From positions 32,001 to 96,000 of the IMG/VR virus record IMGVR_UViG_3300031867_004305: 64,000 nt of DNA; one strand, given 5' to 3'. The stretch is from a virus (Duplodnaviria; Caudoviricetes). Position numbers and translations under genes: made by a program. Below the pieces are notes generated by a model. It saw only the letters and a program-made list of their open reading frames with translations, did not search any database and was not told where the DNA came from. Positions 59,521 through 64,000 of the stretch are shown piece after piece (within the stretch, counting starts at the first letter, position 1; every line of letters begins with the position of its first letter).

Positions 59521-60257
59521 TTAAAATGGGTAAATTAATAGATTTAACTGGTCAAGTTTTCGGTGAATTAACGGTTTTAGCAAGAGATTATGATTATGTA
59601 AAAGAACATAACATAAAACAAAATAGGCCATATTGGAAATGTAAATGTTCTTGTGGTACGATAACCACTGTATCTGGTGGAAATTTAACGCAAGAAAATG
59701 GCGTAAAAAGATGTATGAATTGCCGTAACAAAAACATGGTACACGATATAACTGGTCAAATATCTGGTAATTTAACTGTATTAGAATATAGCAAAACTGT
59801 TAATAGAAAAGCATATTTTAAATGTTTATGTAAGTGCGGTAATATTATAGAGGCGTGCGGCAGAGATTTAAATCAAAAGAAAATTCAAAGTTGTGGTTGT
59901 ATAAATTCAAAAGGAGAACAAACTATTATACAATTATTAGAAGAAAATAATATTCCATTTGAAAAACAAAAATCTTTTAACACTTGTCGCTCTCCGCAAA
60001 CAAATAGTTTATTATTTTTTGACTTTTATGTTGATAATAAATTCTTATTAGAATATGACGGCATACAACATTTTAAATATTATAAAAGTGGTTGGAATAC
60101 AAAACAACAATTTCTTTTAAATAAAGAACAAGATGAATATAAAAATAAGTGGTGTAAAGAAAATAATATTCCATTAAAAAGAATACCATATTGGGAGTTA
60201 GATACTTTAACTATAAATGGAATTATGAGTGATTTATTTTTAATTAAGGAGGGTTAA
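59517..60257 (+). CDS. Putative homing endonuclease (paralog of 50514)
   Basis: Two Cys repeats; FFDFYVDNKFLLEYDGIQHF nearly identical to 50514. Confidence 0.75.
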   Translation: MIKMGKLIDLTGQVFGELTVLARDYDYVKEHNIKQNRPYWKCKCSCGTITTVSGGNLTQENGVKRCMNCRNKNMVHDITGQISGNLTVLEYSKTVNRKAYFKCLCKCGNIIEACGRDLNQKKIQSCGCINSKGEQTIIQLLEENNIPFEKQKSFNTCRSPQTNSLLFFDFYVDNKFLLEYDGIQHFKYYKSGWNTKQQFLLNKEQDEYKNKWCKENNIPLKRIPYWELDTLTINGIMSDLFLIKEG

Positions 60258-60577
60258 TATGTATCAAGAATATCTTTATTTTACCAGAGAAGGATGGATT
60301 TGTCCTAGATGTAAAATAATTTTAAATCCTTCTATGAATTTTTGTCCTTATTGTGGTATGAAAGAACAAACATTTGCTACTACCACCGCGAAGCCTGAGT
60401 GGATTTATAAAGAAGATAGAACTACAGGTGATGTTTTTCCTACTATGACTTGGCAGGACGCAGTATGGTTGGAGAAGTTTAGAGATGATTGTTAGTAAGG
60501 CAGTAGTTTATATTTGACTTTTTTCTAATTTTCTGCTATAATAGATATAGAAAGAAACGAGAAAGGAAAAAAACATT

Positions 60578-61366
60578 ATGAATAAGAATGAGATTTTCGC
60601 ACACTTTTCTTCTATTCTTGATACTATGCTCGACACTTCTCTTTACTTTGACACCTTCTTTCAGCGTCCGTTTTCTCTGCCAGAAGATATCGAAGGTAGT
60701 ATCGACGATGAAGCTGTGCCCGAAAATCTCTCTATTCATTTTGGGGCCTCTCGCGGTTGTATTGTAGACAACGCTTATGATTACGTCGTGAAGTTCGATG
60801 TAGAAGAAGATAATGAAGGGTGCGTTTGTGAGCGGGAATACCATATCTATCAGCACGCGAAGGAAATGGGAGTAGCAGATTATTTTGCTGAGTCTATCTA
60901 TCTTGGCACTTACGTCAAGAAGATTATGTTCTACGATTGTTCTTCTGTTAATTACTATGTAGATAATTATTACTACGACCCTGAATGTTATGAGAAGAGT
61001 TTCATGGAGCATGAAGATGAATTTGGCTCTATTCATGAAATTGTAATCTCCATTCCGCTCTATGCCTATCCCAAGGCAAAGCATCATTATCCTTCTTGTG
61101 TTGGAAATGATGAAGAAATTTGTAAGACTGCCGCACGCAAGATTATGTCTCCCCTGCGGGAGAACCTTTCTGTTGCGATTGAATTCATTCATGAATATGG
61201 CGAAGAAGCCTACCATACCATTACTGATTTTCTTTACAATGAGAACGTAAATGATATTCATTTTGGTAATGTGGGCAACATTGGGGATAGATATGTAATT
61301 ATTGATTATGCTGGCTATCACTGTGGTGATAGCTACTACGATGACAAGAGTGAAAGCGAAGAATAA
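60578..61366 (+). CDS. Protein kinase-like protein
   Basis: GASRGC, YVVK, CERE, DIHFGNVG and IIDYAG motifs. Confidence 0.7.
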   Translation: MNKNEIFAHFSSILDTMLDTSLYFDTFFQRPFSLPEDIEGSIDDEAVPENLSIHFGASRGCIVDNAYDYVVKFDVEEDNEGCVCEREYHIYQHAKEMGVADYFAESIYLGTYVKKIMFYDCSSVNYYVDNYYYDPECYEKSFMEHEDEFGSIHEIVISIPLYAYPKAKHHYPSCVGNDEEICKTAARKIMSPLRENLSVAIEFIHEYGEEAYHTITDFLYNENVNDIHFGNVGNIGDRYVIIDYAGYHCGDSYYDDKSESEE

Positions 61367-61434
61367 TATATACTTGACTTACTTTCTATTTTCTGATATA
61401 ATAATTATATCAAAGAGAGAAAGGAAATATTATT

Positions 61435-61860
61435 TTGAAAAGTGATAGCCATTTGTTTAAGTTGGCACGAGAATGTAGTTTCAAATCTGATTATAGTGGT
61501 TGCGGGCGGGCCCGCATAGGAGCGGTAATATCCTATAAAGGCACCGTACTTGCGAAAGGTTTTAATACCGACCGCACGCACACCGACCAAGCCAAATATA
61601 ATAAATGGCGTTATAAAGATTGCGGGAATAAGTACCTGCCTTCTAAGAGCCATGCAGAAATGATGTCACTTTCTAAAATAAAATACTTGGATATTGATTT
61701 TTCTAAAGTTCATATCTATGTTTATCGTGAACTTAGGGACGGTAAGTTAGGAATGGCTAGACCATGCCCTGCTTGTATGGCCGCGATTAAGCGACTTGGA
61801 ATTAAGAATATTCATTATACAACAGACAATGGTTATGCTACAGAAAGGATAACAGAATGA
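61435..61860 (+). CDS. Zn-dependent nucleotide/cytidine deaminase family protein
   Basis: HAE...RPCPAC. Confidence 0.85.
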   Translation: MKSDSHLFKLARECSFKSDYSGCGRARIGAVISYKGTVLAKGFNTDRTHTDQAKYNKWRYKDCGNKYLPSKSHAEMMSLSKIKYLDIDFSKVHIYVYRELRDGKLGMARPCPACMAAIKRLGIKNIHYTTDNGYATERITE

Positions 61861-62555
61861 AAGTAGTAGGAAAGGTATTATTTGGCTCGCAAAATTACTA
61901 CCTTGACAATTCTGATTCCGACTTTGATTACAAACTCCTCATGATGCCGGAATTCAATGATTTTTATACCTATCATAAAGTAGATAAAAATGACTTGCCT
62001 GAAGGATACGACCACGAACACTACAATGTTATGAGCGTTCTCAAGTTTGACGAGAACCTCCGCAAGGGTAATGTCAACGCACTGGAAATGCTTTTCTCAC
62101 GCGAACAAGAGCTTTCAGACAATATGGCATCTTATTTTGGTATGGCCAAACTTGTTTATAATGAAGGGTATCTTTTTACAGTGTGGGATACTTTTCTCGC
62201 TACCGTAGAAGGTATGGTGAAGAACTCGCTTGACCGCTATGGGGTTAACCGCAAGTCTGCTTCGCGTGCTTTGTATCTTATCAATTTTTGTTCTTTTGTA
62301 GCCAAAGATGACTTTGCGGTTGATAAGTATACTTGGGGTGAATATGAAGTGTTCGCGGCTGCACGCGAACTTCGCTATAACGAAGAAAAGAAACTCCCCA
62401 CACGCGAGGAACTTCTTACCATGTTTGAGGATATGAAGTATGGAACAGAAGTGTATCGTAAGCGTTATCGTCCTTATTCTGCGGTAAATTGGAATGATTT
62501 TCTCGCTCTTTGTATGCGGGAAGCAGTAAAGACTTCACTAAGGAGAGAACTATGA
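61857..62555 (+). CDS. Pol-beta-like nucleotidyltransferase (T4 NrdC.4/RlaP-like)
   Basis: FGSQNY.L....SDFD and KGNVNALEML. Confidence 0.75.
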   Translation: MKVVGKVLFGSQNYYLDNSDSDFDYKLLMMPEFNDFYTYHKVDKNDLPEGYDHEHYNVMSVLKFDENLRKGNVNALEMLFSREQELSDNMASYFGMAKLVYNEGYLFTVWDTFLATVEGMVKNSLDRYGVNRKSASRALYLINFCSFVAKDDFAVDKYTWGEYEVFAAARELRYNEEKKLPTREELLTMFEDMKYGTEVYRKRYRPYSAVNWNDFLALCMREAVKTSLRREL

Positions 62556-63131
62556 CATTATTTAAAAATAAGAAGCGTGAAAAGCCAGCACTGCTCTATG
62601 TTCTAGATGAAAAATTACGCGAAGCACGTGAGAAGAAAGAAAACTGTTTCTACTACCCGTTATGGGATCATGAAGTGCTTCTTGCTACTTCTTGGGCAGT
62701 AAGTCATCACATGATGGTAGAAAAAGACCATCAAACTGATAATAACATTTTTTATAAATTCTGGGGCGTTAAGTAAGGGAGGAAATACTGTGAATAAGCT
62801 ACAATATGACGACATTTATACAGAATGGGTTGAATCTAGAAACTTTTTAAGTTTCGATGATTTTGAAGAAGAAGAAAGTTATGCCAGAGCAATCTTTGGG
62901 CTTTATCATTGACAATTTTTCACCCTTTCAGAAAAATAGTAATGTTATTTATACTTTTCACCTTTATGGGCGCCCTTATTGTATTCGCAGTATAGACAAA
63001 TTTAAATGGGGACAACCTGAATTTCCTGAAAAAGATATAGAAGATAATTACACAACTTACTTAATATATGATACCTATGAAGAAGCACGTAATTATGTAG
63101 ACAGTATGAAAAAAGTAGAAGGAAGTAGAAT

Positions 63132-63659
63132 ATGAATTGGATGAATGTATTTTCTCATAGTTGGCGACCACGCTATTATTTAACCCATCCTTGGCGTTTT
63201 ATCCAAGAAGTGTGGTACAATATTCGTGATGCGTGGCATCGTGCAACTCGTGGTTATTGCTACCGTGACGCGGCTGATATGGATGAATATTTACTTCATA
63301 GCATACCCGCACTTTTGCGTGAAGTAGCAGAAGGACCGGCCTACCCAGGGATTAAACCTTTTGAAACTTACGAGAAGTGGCAAGATTTTTGTAATTCTCT
63401 CGCGGATGTATTTGAAGCAGTCCAAGAGGAAAATTGGAGTGAAGGCCATAATGAATGGCAGGAAGAATGGGAAAAAGCATTCGATGTTCTTCATCCGCAT
63501 TCCAATATTACCATTACTCAAGATATGACAGAAGAAGAAGCAAGAGAAGTTTGCTCTCTCTATTGGGAGCGTGAGAAGGAATTACGCAAAGAACGTGAAG
63601 GGATCATCCAAGATGCATATGCTACACTAGTAAAATATCATGATTATTTCTGGATTTAA
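63132..63659 (+). CDS. Hypothetical protein
   Basis: 175 aa Trp-rich ORF coupled to the upstream gene. Confidence 0.6.
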   Translation: MNWMNVFSHSWRPRYYLTHPWRFIQEVWYNIRDAWHRATRGYCYRDAADMDEYLLHSIPALLREVAEGPAYPGIKPFETYEKWQDFCNSLADVFEAVQEENWSEGHNEWQEEWEKAFDVLHPHSNITITQDMTEEEAREVCSLYWEREKELRKEREGIIQDAYATLVKYHDYFWI

Positions 63660-64000
63660 GGAGGAAAAGGATTTATGTTTTTTACAAATAAGGTTGCTAT
63701 TGATCGTATCAATTATCGTATCAATCTACTAAAGGCTCGCGGAGAAGAAATGAATAAGCGTCTTATCAATGCTCTTCTGCGTGAAAAGCGAAAGTTGGAG
63801 GAATAGAAATGCCCGAAATTATTACTAAAAGCACTGAGTTGCTTTCATTATATAATCGTCCTACTTTATATTATATTGTAGAATACTATGATAAAGATGT
63901 TCTTAGTAGTGAACGTTATAATTTACTGCGTAATGAAATTATAGAACATCCAACTACTTACATTGAGCGTCTTGATGCTGGTGTATATAGAATTTGGACT

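Noticed and set aside
1-64000. Stop-codon reassignment (TAG/TGA)
   Set aside because: Long genes are intact in the standard code, and TAG and TGA end genes at sensible boundaries (e.g. 16869, 30540, 23995)

Overview
A 64-kb piece of a large tailed phage (siphovirus-like) that probably infects a Firmicute, judged from sigmaA-type TTGACA/TATAAT promoters and strong SD sites; standard genetic code. Bases 1-28,000 (minus strand) are a virion morphogenesis module: terminase, portal, protease/scaffold, capsid, neck genes, two tail-tube paralogs and a >4,500-codon tape measure protein that runs off the left edge and contains a glycine-flanked, probably cleave-only HINT domain. Bases ~28,000-46,900 are an unusual cassette array: more than 40 near-consensus sigmaA promoters, most driving one small gene or a short non-coding RNA, separated by a dyad-symmetric spacer (TGTTAA-N5-TGTTAA ... 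GGCCGG ... TTAACA-N5-TTAAC) and two other palindrome families. Inside it, a module of two promoter-driven ncRNAs followed by a paralogous gene occurs three times, one RNA is tRNA-Ala-like, and eight genes share a covarying 5' leader hairpin. An iteron-like repeat, AT-rich tract and SF2 helicase follow at 46.6-48.5 kb. Bases 49-64 kb are accessory operons: RNA ligase, PNK-HD, deaminase, nucleotidyltransferase, kinase-like protein, ECF S component and two HTH+endonuclease cassettes. All calls come from motif reading by eye with no database searches, and counts are approximate.
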